A DNA stretch of 64,000 bases, taken from assembly GCA_030699935.1 (NCBI GenBank), contig JAUYKS010000022.1, positions 18,970 to 82,969 of the forward strand, read 5' to 3'. The position numbers and the translations under genes are program-made. This document shows positions 29,770 through 39,622 of this stretch, in pieces. The notes beneath the pieces were generated by a model. The model had not been told where the DNA came from and ran no database searches. It was given only the letters and a program-made list of their open reading frames with translations. Source of the DNA: a bacterium. Its GTDB lineage: Bacteria; Patescibacteriota; SICC01. Numbering within the stretch: position 1 is the stretch's first letter; the number at the start of each line of letters is the position of its first letter.

Positions 29770-31488
29770 TTAGCCCTTTACCGATCGGTTACGGATCGTC
29801 TTCTTGAGAGCGTTCCGTTCCCGGCGATACAGGTAGGTGCTACCTGCGATCGCGCTCAGCGCCAGCATCGCGGCGCTCGGGGCACCGGTGACCGGCAGTG
29901 CGCCCTTCACTTGGGCCTGCGGCGGCACCGGCTTCGGCACGACCTTCTTCTGGAACCGCTGGTTGCCGAACTTCAGCACGGCGGTGCCGTCGTCAGTCAC
30001 GTCCGCCTGTTGGACGGTCTGGGTGGTCGGGTTGAATCCGCTCGGAACCTGCTCCTCGGCACGATAGGTGCCGGGATCGAGGTCGCTGAGCAGGATCTCG
30101 CCGTTGTTGTCGGTGGCGTGTTCCGAAGCGGCTCCCGGCCCGGTCGGGCCGTCGCCGTCAACGGATGCCGTGGCGGACGGCTCCGGGGTCGGAGTGTCGT
30201 CGCCGAGGTCCGTTCCCAGGATACCTACGAAGAACGTCACGCCGCCGAGGCGCGGTTCGCCCGCGTCTTCCTGGCCGTTACCGTTCACGTCCTCGAACTT
30301 CACGATCAGGAGGTTACCCTGCTTCGGTCCGGGGGTGGGCGGAGGTGTGGGAGTGGGGGTCGGAGTGGGAGTTGGCGTGGGGGTCGGAGGCGGGGTCGCC
30401 TGGCAGACCAGGTCGGTCCGCACTGAGTCGAAGAATTCCGAACCCTCGGTCTGGTCGGACTTCACCAAGGCGAAGTTCTTGAACCAGTGCGGGCAGGTGG
30501 TCAGCCCGGAACTGATCTGGGCGTTGAAGTAGACCTGCACCCAGGCACCTGCTCCGAAGCTCGGATAGGACAGACCGCCGTTAACGAAGTTGTCCGTCCC
30601 CGGCTGCAGGGTCGGGTTGGCGGATGTCCGCACTTGGACGGATCCCGGGATCAGCGTCACGTTCGCCGGAAGCGCGTCCCGCAGGATCACGTTCGTGGCA
30701 TTCGCCTGGCTGATGTTCTTCAGCTCGACGAAGTACTGCAGTTTCTTGCCTGCCTCGGCCTGGTTGGCGTCGACGAAGTTCGTCTGGCCCGTCATGCGGA
30801 CCTTCTTCTCGAGTTGCAGCTGGGGTCCGGGTACCTCGCCGGTGACGTCCACCAGATAGGTGACCTTGAACGCTTCGCAGAAGCTCGGCTTCAGCGAGTC
30901 CGTGCCGTACGGATCGACCGTAACGACGAACTGGTTGGCCTGCTCTTGGACGGTGTAGCGGCTGGCCGCAAGTTCGGTCGGAGCCTTCCAGTCCAGCGTG
31001 GGCTCGTTACATTTGTCGTTGGCCAGGTTGTTCCGGTACAGCTGGAAGAAACGCGGCCGGTTCAGCGTCAGCGAGGAACCGTCCTTGGAGTTGATCGTGG
31101 ACGTGTCCATGGTCCGGAAGATCGGATTGGACTGGGCGTTCGTAGCGCTGACCTCGGCCTTGTTCTGCAGGCTGGTCGACGGTCCCTTCGGGATCGTCAG
31201 GCGCAGCTTGAAGTTCTGGGCGTTCGGCCCGGTGTACGCGTCCTCGGTGTTGTGGACGATCGTGGAAACCTGGGCTACGTTGCCGTGTCCGGCAGCGACT
31301 TGGTTCATGTAGGCGGTCGGTGAATCCGGTCCGCCGACCAGTCGGAGTTGTTGGTCAACGTCGAGGTTGACCGGTTCGGCCGCAACGGCCTGGAATATGG
31401 TTGCGCCGGCCATCAGGAATGCCAGGGCGACTGAAAAGGTCGCCACCAGCTTCCGGCGGCGGAAGCGCAATCCGAAGATATTCTTCAT
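29770..31488 (-). CDS. LPXTG-anchored surface protein (sortase substrate)
   Basis: 572 aa. The signal peptide reads MKNIFGLRFRRRKLVATFSVALAFLMAGATIFQAVAAEP. The linker reads PPPTPTPTPTPTPTPTPPPTPGP. The C-terminal sorting signal is LPVTG followed by a hydrophobic stretch and an RRER tail. Confidence 0.8.
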   Translation of the reverse strand: MKNIFGLRFRRRKLVATFSVALAFLMAGATIFQAVAAEPVNLDVDQQLRLVGGPDSPTAYMNQVAAGHGNVAQVSTIVHNTEDAYTGPNAQNFKLRLTIPKGPSTSLQNKAEVSATNAQSNPIFRTMDTSTINSKDGSSLTLNRPRFFQLYRNNLANDKCNEPTLDWKAPTELAASRYTVQEQANQFVVTVDPYGTDSLKPSFCEAFKVTYLVDVTGEVPGPQLQLEKKVRMTGQTNFVDANQAEAGKKLQYFVELKNISQANATNVILRDALPANVTLIPGSVQVRTSANPTLQPGTDNFVNGGLSYPSFGAGAWVQVYFNAQISSGLTTCPHWFKNFALVKSDQTEGSEFFDSVRTDLVCQATPPPTPTPTPTPTPTPTPPPTPGPKQGNLLIVKFEDVNGNGQEDAGEPRLGGVTFFVGILGTDLGDDTPTPEPSATASVDGDGPTGPGAASEHATDNNGEILLSDLDPGTYRAEEQVPSGFNPTTQTVQQADVTDDGTAVLKFGNQRFQKKVVPKPVPPQAQVKGALPVTGAPSAAMLALSAIAGSTYLYRRERNALKKTIRNRSVKG

Positions 31489-31820
31489 ATAGATACCTCC
31501 TTCTTATGGTTTAAAAAGTTGAGTGAGATTAGAGTGTGTAAATCCAACACGTGGAGCCTGGTTGTGAATGTGCGAACCTGACCGATCAACCGTCATCGAA
31601 GTGTGGGGGCAGGAGTGAAAGAAATCGGTCGGTGTTCGGATGAACATGATGAAATCTTCCACTCCCGCGAGCCACCATCGTTAGAAGGTTTGTGGATGTA
31701 ATGAGCGTGAGCGGACCAGCCGGTCCGGCGAATAAAAATTGCCGGACCGGCTGAATCTGCTCTGGAGCGACCCAAGGTACTGCGTATTGCGTTCCTAGCG
31801 GCGAACCGCTAAGTCTTGGG

Positions 31821-32918
31821 TCATCCGGGTGGGGGTGGTGCTCCCTGCTCGGGCGGTGGGGGCGGTGACGTGCTTGGCGGCAACGACGGCTGTGGCGTCG
31901 GCGGTGCCGTCGGTTGCGTTACCGTCCCTCCCGCACTGTCGTTCTGCGGAGGCGAGCTTCCCGGTGGGATTTTGCCTCCCGTCCCTGGTGGAGTGACGAC
32001 CGGCGGATTGGCCGGCACGTGCCGGGGCGGCGGTCCCTGGTAATCCGACTCCGATTTCGGAGGCAGATCCGCTCCATGGCCCGCACTATGCGGGTCATCG
32101 AACGACCAGATCGGCACCTGGGGCTTGCCCGGTACCTCCTTTTCCGTAGGAGGATGCCGGGTGATGCCGGGCGGCGGTACCGTCACCGGCGGAGCCGGGG
32201 GTCCCGACACGGGGACCGGAACCGCTCCCCCGTTGCCACACTGGCAGCGAGTGTTGCCCATTTCCCTAACTTCAGAGACAGGCTCCGTCCGTCCGTTCTC
32301 GAGCTTCCGCTCGACCGGCTTGCTCGTGTAAAGAAACACGATGTCGCCAGCCTCGACTGAACGGTCCGCTGTCGTGGCTACCACGCGTCCCTCCGTGAAA
32401 TACGAGTTCTTCGTATACTCGGACGGGACGAGCAGCTGCACTCGGACGAACCCTTCGCCGCGCCGGACTCGATCGTAATCGACCTCCGGCAGGTTTTCCT
32501 TGGCGTACTGGAGATAGGCCTTGGCCCGCTCCGATCCGCTTTGTATCCAGCGCTTGAGCTTCGCTACCGTGCATACTGGCTCTTCCGAGACAGATGCCGC
32601 ACCGCGATCCGTATTCATCGGCTTCTCGACCGTGAACGAGAACTGGCCCACTTGGTAGCCCTTCTCAATCAGGTAATTCGTTGCCGCCGTGCGCTCTGTC
32701 TGAGTGCCCGACGGTTCGTCTGATCCGGGGACGTCGCCGGGCTGGATAGCCTGGCTTTCCTCTCCGGTCACGCTGGCCTCGATAGCCTCACCTCCGCCGT
32801 TGACGGCGAAGATGGCGGCGATCAGCAGGACCACGACCAGCAGGGCGGACCCTGCGATCACGTACTTGCGCATGTCGCTGTGTGACTTTCCTCCTTTCGG
32901 AGGTTCACCTTTTGGCAT
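31821..32918 (-). CDS. Membrane-anchored proline-rich protein
   Basis: 365 aa. The N-terminal TM reads YVIAGSALLVVVLLIAAIFAV. The central domain is globular. The C-terminal third is Pro-rich low complexity (PPTPQPSLPPSTSPPPPPEQGAPPPPG). Confidence 0.6.
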   Translation of the reverse strand: MPKGEPPKGGKSHSDMRKYVIAGSALLVVVLLIAAIFAVNGGGEAIEASVTGEESQAIQPGDVPGSDEPSGTQTERTAATNYLIEKGYQVGQFSFTVEKPMNTDRGAASVSEEPVCTVAKLKRWIQSGSERAKAYLQYAKENLPEVDYDRVRRGEGFVRVQLLVPSEYTKNSYFTEGRVVATTADRSVEAGDIVFLYTSKPVERKLENGRTEPVSEVREMGNTRCQCGNGGAVPVPVSGPPAPPVTVPPPGITRHPPTEKEVPGKPQVPIWSFDDPHSAGHGADLPPKSESDYQGPPPRHVPANPPVVTPPGTGGKIPPGSSPPQNDSAGGTVTQPTAPPTPQPSLPPSTSPPPPPEQGAPPPPG

Positions 32919-33280
32919 TTACATCACTACTCCTTGGGTCGCTTCCCATACGGGACCATCCCGTGCGGGGGTCCTGCCCACGAACGAATCATGCGCACGA
33001 TCCCCACACCGGATAAACAAAAAACCAACTTAACGGCACCGAAGTGCGTTTTGGTTGGTTTGTATTCGTTTTTCGACCAAGGAGGTATAAACCTTCTTGC
33101 AATGATGGTTGATCAGTCAGGTTGTTAACGTACTGCCCCGATTCGCTCGAAGCCTGCTACCATATACCGAAAAGATAGCTCTGTCAAGCGCTTTTTTCAC
33201 TATCGGCGACCTGCCGCGCTACGGCGGCAGGGATTCATAGTAACAAGCTTTCGAGCATACACAATGACAGATGGAACGGA

Positions 33281-33307
33281 TAAAAAGACAAGCCCGAGAG
33301 GGGCTTG
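33281..33307 (-). terminator. Intrinsic terminator after rplL
   Basis: The minus strand reads CAAGCCCCTCTCGGGCTTG followed by TCTTTTTA. Confidence 0.6.
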
Positions 33308-33334
33308 TCTTTACGTTAGCGCCTGCGCCTGAAT

Positions 33335-33889
33335 CTACTTCAGTTCGACGGTCGCGCCGGCGGCCTCGAGCTTCTTCTTGGCCTCTTCGGCCTCGTCCTT
33401 CGGAACGTCGGCCTTGACGTCCTTCGGGGCGCCTTCGACCAGGTCCTTGGCCTCGCCGAGGCCGAGGTCGGTCACCTCACGGACGGCCTTGATCACGTCG
33501 ATCTTCTTGTCGCCCATCGCGGCCAGGTGGACGGTGTATGAAGACTTCTCGTCTTCCCCGCCGTCACCGCCTTCGCCGCCCGCGGCCGGCGCGGCGCCGG
33601 CTACGGCCACCGGAGCGGCCGAGACGCCGAACTTGTCTTCGATCGCGGAGACCAGGTCGGCCACCTCGAGTACGGTCATCTTTTCGACCTGTTCGACGAT
33701 CTTGGTCACTTCCTTCGAGTACTCCTTGGAGGGCTTGTCGGCCTTTTCCTCGGGCTTGTCGCCCTCGGCCGGCTTCTCGTCCTTCTTCTCCTCGGCCGGA
33801 GCCTCGGGAGCTTCTTTCTTCTCTTCAGCAGCGTCGCCCTGCTGGTTGTTCTGGTCCTTCTGTTCGTCCTTGGCTTGTTCGTCTGCCAT
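33335..33889 (-). CDS. rplL: 50S ribosomal protein L7/L12 with an extended Lys/Glu/Pro-rich N-terminal tail
   Basis: The C-terminal domain reads [57 protein letters not shown] roughly 70-aa low-complexity charged extension is unusual. Confidence 0.93.
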   Translation of the reverse strand: MADEQAKDEQKDQNNQQGDAAEEKKEAPEAPAEEKKDEKPAEGDKPEEKADKPSKEYSKEVTKIVEQVEKMTVLEVADLVSAIEDKFGVSAAPVAVAGAAPAAGGEGGDGGEDEKSSYTVHLAAMGDKKIDVIKAVREVTDLGLGEAKDLVEGAPKDVKADVPKDEAEEAKKKLEAAGATVELK

Positions 33890-33960
33890 GTGAACCTCCT
33901 TGGTTAATTCGTTGGTAATTCCTCACGGGTCCCGGCGAAGCGGGGCGCCTGAGCAAGTAC

Positions 33961-34476
33961 CTACGCCTTCTTCTCCTTTACCGCGGTCAAGGCGTACACC
34001 AGGTTGCGCGACACTCCCGACAGCCCGCTGGCCAGGTTACGCACCGGCGCGCTGATGCTGCCCATCAGCTTGGCGAGCAGTTCGTCGCGGCTCGGCAGGC
34101 TGGCCAGCTTGTCAATCACGCTGACCTCGACCGCTTCCCCGTCCACGAACCCGCCGGTCACCTCCAGCGCCTCGTGGTCTTTGGCGAAGGTGTGCACCGC
34201 CTTGGCGACGGCGACCGGATCCTCGAAGCCGAACGCCACCGCGACCGGACCGGTCGGCCGGTCCAGCTTCAGGCCCGCCTCGTTCGCGGCCTTGGTGAAC
34301 AGCGTGTTCTTCACGACCTCGAACCGCATGCCGGATTCCCGTAGGCTCCCCTGCAGTTCTTGCTGTTCGCGCACGCCCAGCCCCTGGTAGTCGGCGAAGA
34401 CGACCGCCTTCGCGTCCTGCAGTGCCTCGGTGAGCGCCTTGAGTACGACTTCCTTCTGTTCACGTGTCTTGGGCAT
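33961..34476 (-). CDS. rplJ: 50S ribosomal protein L10
   Basis: 171 aa. The sequence includes KEVVLKALTEALQDAKAVVFADYQGLGVREQQEL. Confidence 0.95.
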   Translation of the reverse strand: MPKTREQKEVVLKALTEALQDAKAVVFADYQGLGVREQQELQGSLRESGMRFEVVKNTLFTKAANEAGLKLDRPTGPVAVAFGFEDPVAVAKAVHTFAKDHEALEVTGGFVDGEAVEVSVIDKLASLPSRDELLAKLMGSISAPVRNLASGLSGVSRNLVYALTAVKEKKA

Positions 34477-34620
34477 ATATCGTGGGTCTAAAAAATCCTT
34501 CGGTCGTCACCGAAGGCATACGTCAACACGAAGTGTTTCAGTATCTCCTGCGCAGCGCTTATTGGCGTTGGCCACGGTCTTCGGCGACAAGATTCAGTCT
34601 ACGGAGCGATCGGGGCGCCG

Positions 34621-35127
34621 TCAACGCTCAGCGATCCGTTCGTAATCGACGTATTTGATCTTGTGGCCACCATCCTCGGCCGCTTCCGAGCGGACTTCCC
34701 TGAACGCGTCCTCGAACTCCGGGAAGAACGTGTCTGCGTCATGCGTGCCGGAGACTTGGGTCATGAGGATCCGGTCGGCGGACGGCAATACCAGCCCGTA
34801 AATCTCCGCCCCGCCGATGACGTAGGCTTCCGTGTCACGCTTGGCGGCCTCGGCGAGCGCTTCCTCGAGCGTCCCGACCACCACGGCGCCCTCGGCCCGG
34901 TAACCGTCCTGCCGCGTGATCACGATGCTCGTCCGACCGGGCAGCGGTATCCCGATCGACTCCCAGGTCTTGCGACCCATTACGATCGGGTGCTCTATCG
35001 TCAAAGCTTTGAACCGCTTGAGATCGGCCGGGACATGCCAAGGAATATTCCCTTCCTTGCCGATGCCGCGACCTTCGTCCATGGCCACGATCAGGTTGAC
35101 GGTCAGGTTGTCGGGTTTGGCGATCAA
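34621..35127 (-). CDS. folA: Dihydrofolate reductase
   Basis: 168 aa. The sequence reads LIVAMDEGRGIGKEGNIPWHVPADLKRFKALT...VIGGAEIY. It overlaps thyA through an ATGA junction. Confidence 0.9.
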   Translation of the reverse strand: MIAKPDNLTVNLIVAMDEGRGIGKEGNIPWHVPADLKRFKALTIEHPIVMGRKTWESIGIPLPGRTSIVITRQDGYRAEGAVVVGTLEEALAEAAKRDTEAYVIGGAEIYGLVLPSADRILMTQVSGTHDADTFFPEFEDAFREVRSEAAEDGGHKIKYVDYERIAER

Positions 35128-36137
35128 GACTTCTTCGCGAACTGACGTCGGTCCTTTTCTTGGAAGCCGCCGGCGACGGTCAGCTCGCCTTTAATGATCG
35201 GATGCGGATCGTAGCCTTCCAGCGTGAAGTGTTCGGCCTTGACGTCGTCGAGTTCCTTGAGCTTCGGGTCGATTTCCAGACGCGGGAATGCCCGCGGTTT
35301 CCGCGACAGTTGCTCCTTCACCTGATCGACGTGATTCGAGTAGACGTGCGCATCACCGAAGGTATGGATGAAATCGCCCGGCTCGAGCCCGGCCAGGTGT
35401 GCCATCACTTGCGTGAGCATCGCGTAGCTGGCGATGTTGAACGGCACGCCGAGAAACATGTCGGCGCTGCGTTGGTAGAGCTGGCAGGACAACTTACCGT
35501 CCGCCACGTTGAAGTGGAAGAAGATGTGGCAGAGCGGGAAGCTGAGCGCCTCGCCCGGCAATGCCATCGAGTATAGATGTTCCGGATTCCAGACGGTGAT
35601 CACCGAGTGCTTGCGCTGCGGAAAGTTGCGGATGTTGTCGAGCGCCCAGGCGATCTGGTCGATCGAACCGCCCCCCTTGCCATCGGGTCGTTGGCGCGGC
35701 CAGCGCCGCCACTGCTGACCGTAGATGTGCGGCAGCTCGCCGTACTTCTCGGCAAACTTGGCGTCGTCCGCGATCTTCTGGATGAAATCTTCCTTGTTGA
35801 GTTCCGGGACCTTCCCCGCTTCGGACAACTTCACGTAATCCTTGTACGGATAGTCGTCCCAGATGTGGACTTTGTTGTCGACCAGGTACTTGATGTTCGA
35901 CTGGCCGGTCAGGAACCAGACCAGCTCGTGCAGGACGCCGTTCCAGTAGACCTTCTTGGTGGTCAGCAGCGGAAACCCCTCGCTGAGATCGAACCGGATC
36001 TGCCGCCCGAACACGCTGGTCAGGCCGGTGCCGGTGTTGTGGTCCTTCTTTTCCGAGCCGTTCTGCAGGATATCCTTCAGGAGATCCAGATACTGGTATT
36101 CGGGATGACGCAGGTTTTGGATACTTCCTTTGGCCAT
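35124..36137 (-). CDS. thyA: Thymidylate synthase (ThyA type)
   Basis: 337 aa. The sequence includes RTGTGLTSVFG-like DHNTGTGLTSVFGRQIRFDL, the catalytic Cys in ALPPCHIFFHF, and the DHQ-like motif. Confidence 0.97.
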   Translation of the reverse strand: MAKGSIQNLRHPEYQYLDLLKDILQNGSEKKDHNTGTGLTSVFGRQIRFDLSEGFPLLTTKKVYWNGVLHELVWFLTGQSNIKYLVDNKVHIWDDYPYKDYVKLSEAGKVPELNKEDFIQKIADDAKFAEKYGELPHIYGQQWRRWPRQRPDGKGGGSIDQIAWALDNIRNFPQRKHSVITVWNPEHLYSMALPGEALSFPLCHIFFHFNVADGKLSCQLYQRSADMFLGVPFNIASYAMLTQVMAHLAGLEPGDFIHTFGDAHVYSNHVDQVKEQLSRKPRAFPRLEIDPKLKELDDVKAEHFTLEGYDPHPIIKGELTVAGGFQEKDRRQFAKKS

Positions 36138-36266
36138 GGCTGGTTACCCGAGTGAGCCGACCAATAGATACGCGCCGAAGCCAACCGCCAAAAAGACGAT
36201 GAGCTTGATGATCGTCTGATGCTGTTTCGGTAAGTCATTGAATGACTTCATGAGGTGCCTTTCCTT

Positions 36267-36956
36267 TTATTCGATCGTGAACGTCTTCTCAGTTCGATAA
36301 TACTCCGGCCAATGTTCGTTGTAATACTCGAACATCCGGCCGACGCGCTCCTGGGAGAGCTCCTCCATGCCGAGCTTTTCCAGCTCCGCGACGATCGCTT
36401 TCCGCGCCTGCGTCGCCTGGTCTGAATCGGGCACGAGCTTCTCGATCTCCGCGACGTACCCGTAGCCAGCGTTCCGGTCGATGCAGACGGTGTAACCCTT
36501 GTAGGCGTACTCCACGCGTTCGCGCGACCACTTGGAGAGGAAGCCGTACCCTGCGGAACGGATCGCTTCGTCCAGTGTGTCGATGTCGGGAGCGGTAGTC
36601 TCGTACTCGCCCTCCAGGCGCTCGAGGGCGTGCTGGTCATCACCGTCGCCCTTGGCCGCCTTGATCACGAGCAGGATCCGGCCGTCCGCGTCGCGGGTCC
36701 GGAGTGCGTACGATTGGGTTTGGTCAAGGATCTGCTTGAACGCGGCCAAGTCGCCGTCGCTCAGGAATCCGCTCACGGCATCCGTGACCTTGTCCGGGTC
36801 CGCGTCCGAGTCGAAATAGTGGTTGAGCTGGTTCGACCGCGCCGTCTCCTTGAATTTGGCGTCCGCCCGTCGCAGCTTGGCGACGAAACCCTCGGCCGCG
36901 TCCTTGCTGCCCAGCAGCGTCTTCACCTCGACCTCGAAGAGGTTCGCGGTCGGCAT
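36267..36956 (-). CDS. CYTH-domain protein (triphosphate tunnel metalloenzyme-like)
   Basis: 229 aa. The N-terminus FEVEVKTLLG carries the EXEXK signature. The protein is charged and rich in beta-strands. Confidence 0.65.
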   Translation of the reverse strand: MPTANLFEVEVKTLLGSKDAAEGFVAKLRRADAKFKETARSNQLNHYFDSDADPDKVTDAVSGFLSDGDLAAFKQILDQTQSYALRTRDADGRILLVIKAAKGDGDDQHALERLEGEYETTAPDIDTLDEAIRSAGYGFLSKWSRERVEYAYKGYTVCIDRNAGYGYVAEIEKLVPDSDQATQARKAIVAELEKLGMEELSQERVGRMFEYYNEHWPEYYRTEKTFTIE

Positions 36957-37645
36957 CAGCGCAAGGTCGCTTTCTTGGGTTTGCGGGTCGCGAGTTTCTT
37001 CAGGCCTTTCTTGGCGGCCTTCGGTGCGACGGTCTCCATGTCCCGTCCAATCTGGCTTCCCTTTGGTTCTCGCTGCCGGACGTACTTCGCGCTGGCCTTA
37101 CGGCTGTACTCGACTTCCACGGCGCTCGAGACCTTCTCGAACACCATCTGGCAGAACCGCATCCCAGGATAGAGGAGAATCGGGATCACGCCGATGTTGG
37201 TGATCTCCAGCACGACGTTGCCTTGGAAGCCGGGGTCGAAGTGTCCGGCCGTGGAGTGGATCACGATGCCGAGGCGGCCCAGCGAGGAGCGTCCCTCGAG
37301 CCGGCCGGCGATGTCATCCGGCAGCTCGATGTATTCCTCCGTGACGCCAAGCACGAATTCGCCCGGATGGAGCACGAAACCGCGGGGCCCGTTCGGTGAG
37401 TGCGGCAGGAGCGGTTGCTGCTCCTCCTTCGAGTTGAGGTCCACGACGGTGGTGTGCGTATTCTGGGTCTTCGGGTCCTGAGGGTCGATGAACGGCGTCG
37501 ACGTCGGCTTGAAAACGCGGAACTGGGCACCGAGCTTCAGGTCCAGGCTGGTCGATCCGAGCTGGACGTCGAAATCCGGTTCGGGCTTCACCGTGATCCG
37601 ACCGTCTGCGAGCTGCTTCTTGATGTCTCGGTCGGAGAGGATCAT
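36956..37645 (-). CDS. dcd: dCTP deaminase (dUTPase-superfamily) with a Lys-rich C-terminal tail
   Basis: 229 aa. The N-terminus MILSDRDIKKQLADGRITV is canonical Dcd. The C-terminal 30 aa are basic (KAAKKGLKKLATRKPKKATLR). Confidence 0.9.
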   Translation of the reverse strand: MILSDRDIKKQLADGRITVKPEPDFDVQLGSTSLDLKLGAQFRVFKPTSTPFIDPQDPKTQNTHTTVVDLNSKEEQQPLLPHSPNGPRGFVLHPGEFVLGVTEEYIELPDDIAGRLEGRSSLGRLGIVIHSTAGHFDPGFQGNVVLEITNIGVIPILLYPGMRFCQMVFEKVSSAVEVEYSRKASAKYVRQREPKGSQIGRDMETVAPKAAKKGLKKLATRKPKKATLR

Positions 37646-37658
37646 TGCGCCGCTTCCC

Positions 37659-38513
37659 CTACGCCGCCGCGGTTATCGTGTCGGGATTCACCCGCACCCC
37701 CGGCCCCATCGTCGAGGCCAGGGTGACGCTACGGATGTACGTGCCTTTGGCGTCGGACGGCTTGGCGTCCCGGACGGCTCCGAAATAGGTCGCGACGTTC
37801 TTGGCGAGGTCCTCGGCCTTGAACGAGGTCTTCCCGACGCCGGCGTGGATGGTCGCGTCCTTGGCGACCCGGAACTCGATGCTGCCGGCCTTCACTTTCT
37901 TGATCGCACCCTCGACGTCTTCGGCCACGGTGCCGCTCTTCGGGTTCGGCATCAGGCCCTTCGGCCCGAGTACCTTGCCGAGCTTGCCGACCTCGGCCAT
38001 CTGGTCCGGCGACGCCACGGCAACGTCGAACCCGGTCCAGCCGTCCTTGAGCTTCTTGAGGGTATCTTCGTCCGAGACGAAATCGGCGCCGGCCTTCTTC
38101 GCCGCGGCGGCCTTGGCGGACGCCACGAACGCCATCACCTTGAGCTTCTTGCCGGTGCCGGCCGGTAGCTGCACGGTGCCGCGGACACTCTGCTCCGCTT
38201 CCCGCGCGTCGATGCCGAGCCGGATGTGTATCTCGACCGTGCCGTCGAACTTGGTCGTGCTGGTCTTCTGGACGAGCGCGACCGCCTCGTCGAGACCGTA
38301 TTGCTTGCCGTCCTCGACCTGCTCGGCGGCGGCGCGGTACCGCTTGCCGCGGAACTGCTCACCGGGATGGCGGGCGGGGGCGGCCACGGCCTGGGTGGCC
38401 GCTGTCTTGGCCGGTGCGCTCTTGGCAACCGGATTCTTCGGCGCAGCCTTGGGAGCCGCGGCCTTCGTTGCAGCCGGCTTCGCCGCTGCGGATGTCTTCT
38501 TTGCTTCTGCCAT
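37659..38513 (-). CDS. rplA: 50S ribosomal protein L1 with an Ala/Lys/Pro-rich N-terminal extension
   Basis: The core reads KFDGTVEIHIRLGID...KVLGPKGLMPNPKSGTV. It is preceded by a roughly 50-aa AKP-repeat tail (AAKPAATKAAAPKAAPK). Confidence 0.95.
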   Translation of the reverse strand: MAEAKKTSAAAKPAATKAAAPKAAPKNPVAKSAPAKTAATQAVAAPARHPGEQFRGKRYRAAAEQVEDGKQYGLDEAVALVQKTSTTKFDGTVEIHIRLGIDAREAEQSVRGTVQLPAGTGKKLKVMAFVASAKAAAAKKAGADFVSDEDTLKKLKDGWTGFDVAVASPDQMAEVGKLGKVLGPKGLMPNPKSGTVAEDVEGAIKKVKAGSIEFRVAKDATIHAGVGKTSFKAEDLAKNVATYFGAVRDAKPSDAKGTYIRSVTLASTMGPGVRVNPDTITAAA

Positions 38514-38610
38514 GATGATTTGCGGTGCCAGCGCCCCTGCTGCGGAGCTCCCGCGATTACTTATTCAGTCTACCCGAATCCGGCGCCCGGGTTCTCCTCA
38601 GCTGGGGATG

Positions 38611-39036
38611 CTACTTCTCGACCGTCACGCCCATCGAACGGGCGGTACCGGCGATGATCTTCTTGGCCGCCTCGAGATCGTTCGCCGAGAGGTCTTCCAT
38701 CTTCTCCTTGGCGATTTCCTCGAGCTGCGACTCCTTGATCTTGGCGACCTTGTTCTTGAGCGCGTTATCGCTGCCCTTGCCGAGCCCGATCGCCTTCTTG
38801 ATCAGGATCGCGGCCGGCGGCGTCTTGGTGATGAACGTAAACGTCCGGTCCTCGAAGATGGTCATCTCGACCGGGACGATCGTGTCGCCCATCTGCTTAG
38901 TCTGTTCGTTGAACGCCTTGCAGAAATCCATGATCTGGATGCCGTGCGGCCCCAGGGCGGTACCGACCGGCGGGGCGGGATTCGCCTTCCCGGCCGGGAT
39001 CTGCAACTTAACGACGGTCATTACTTTCTTAGCCAT
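38611..39036 (-). CDS. rplK: 50S ribosomal protein L11
   Basis: 141 aa. The sequence reads [43 protein letters not shown]. Confidence 0.97.
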   Translation of the reverse strand: MAKKVMTVVKLQIPAGKANPAPPVGTALGPHGIQIMDFCKAFNEQTKQMGDTIVPVEMTIFEDRTFTFITKTPPAAILIKKAIGLGKGSDNALKNKVAKIKESQLEEIAKEKMEDLSANDLEAAKKIIAGTARSMGVTVEK

Positions 39037-39041
39037 ATCTC

Positions 39042-39308
39042 TTACTTACCTTTCAAAGTCACTTCAAGTTTAGCGATTTCCGAGTCACGCAATACTTTCA
39101 AAGGATTTTCTCCGTCATCAATCCGACGCGAAAGTTCTTCTAATGTCGATTCCGGCATCGAACCAATCAAGGTTTTCAAGGCTTCCCGATCTTCTTCGGG
39201 AAACTCGACGCCATACCGATTCGTCACCTCCTCATAGGCCTCAACGGCGCGTGCGGCCATCAGCTCTACGGCCATTTGTTGACCGGCAGTACGAGTCTCG
39301 GCACTCAT
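39042..39308 (-). CDS. Small acidic hypothetical protein (88 aa), third gene of the nusG-rplK cassette
   Basis: Its ATG overlaps the upstream stop (TAATG). It is lower-GC than its surroundings and begins [44 protein letters not shown]. No known family is recognised. Confidence 0.5.
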   Translation of the reverse strand: MSAETRTAGQQMAVELMAARAVEAYEEVTNRYGVEFPEEDREALKTLIGSMPESTLEELSRRIDDGENPLKVLRDSEIAKLEVTLKGK

Positions 39309-39607
39309 TAGAAATTCCTCGCTTCCGAGCTATAGTCTACGCCGGGTCCCATGCCTCGGAATTCGTCATCCACGGACGTTCGAGATGCTTCACGGATCCG
39401 ATGCGGCGGATCGACCGGTTCGCCTGCCGCGATGGCACGGGCTCGTTCCAAGCGTTCCCCTTGCGGGCCAGCCAGCGCTTCATCTAGATCCGCCTGATGC
39501 AGGACCGGAACTTCGGTGGCCTCCTGCCCGCGGCGCACCTCGGCCCGGGCCTCTTCCATTGTGACCCGCAGCAGCGTGTCATCCATATGCCGATCCATGT
39601 CGTTCAT
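39308..39607 (-). CDS. Small acidic hypothetical protein (99 aa), second gene of the nusG-rplK cassette
   Basis: It begins MNDMDRHMDDTLLRVTMEEARAEVRRGQE. Its start is preceded by the 19-bp repeat GCAAGTGAGGAAGATATGA, which supplies the RBS (GAGGAAG) and the ATG. Confidence 0.5.
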   Translation of the reverse strand: MNDMDRHMDDTLLRVTMEEARAEVRRGQEATEVPVLHQADLDEALAGPQGERLERARAIAAGEPVDPPHRIREASRTSVDDEFRGMGPGVDYSSEARNF

Positions 39608-39622
39608 ATCTTCCTCACTTGC

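Noticed and set aside
36145-36252. 35-aa hydrophobic ORF between thyA and the CYTH gene
   Set aside because: A plausible small membrane peptide, but too short to support without conservation data. It is mentioned only in findings.
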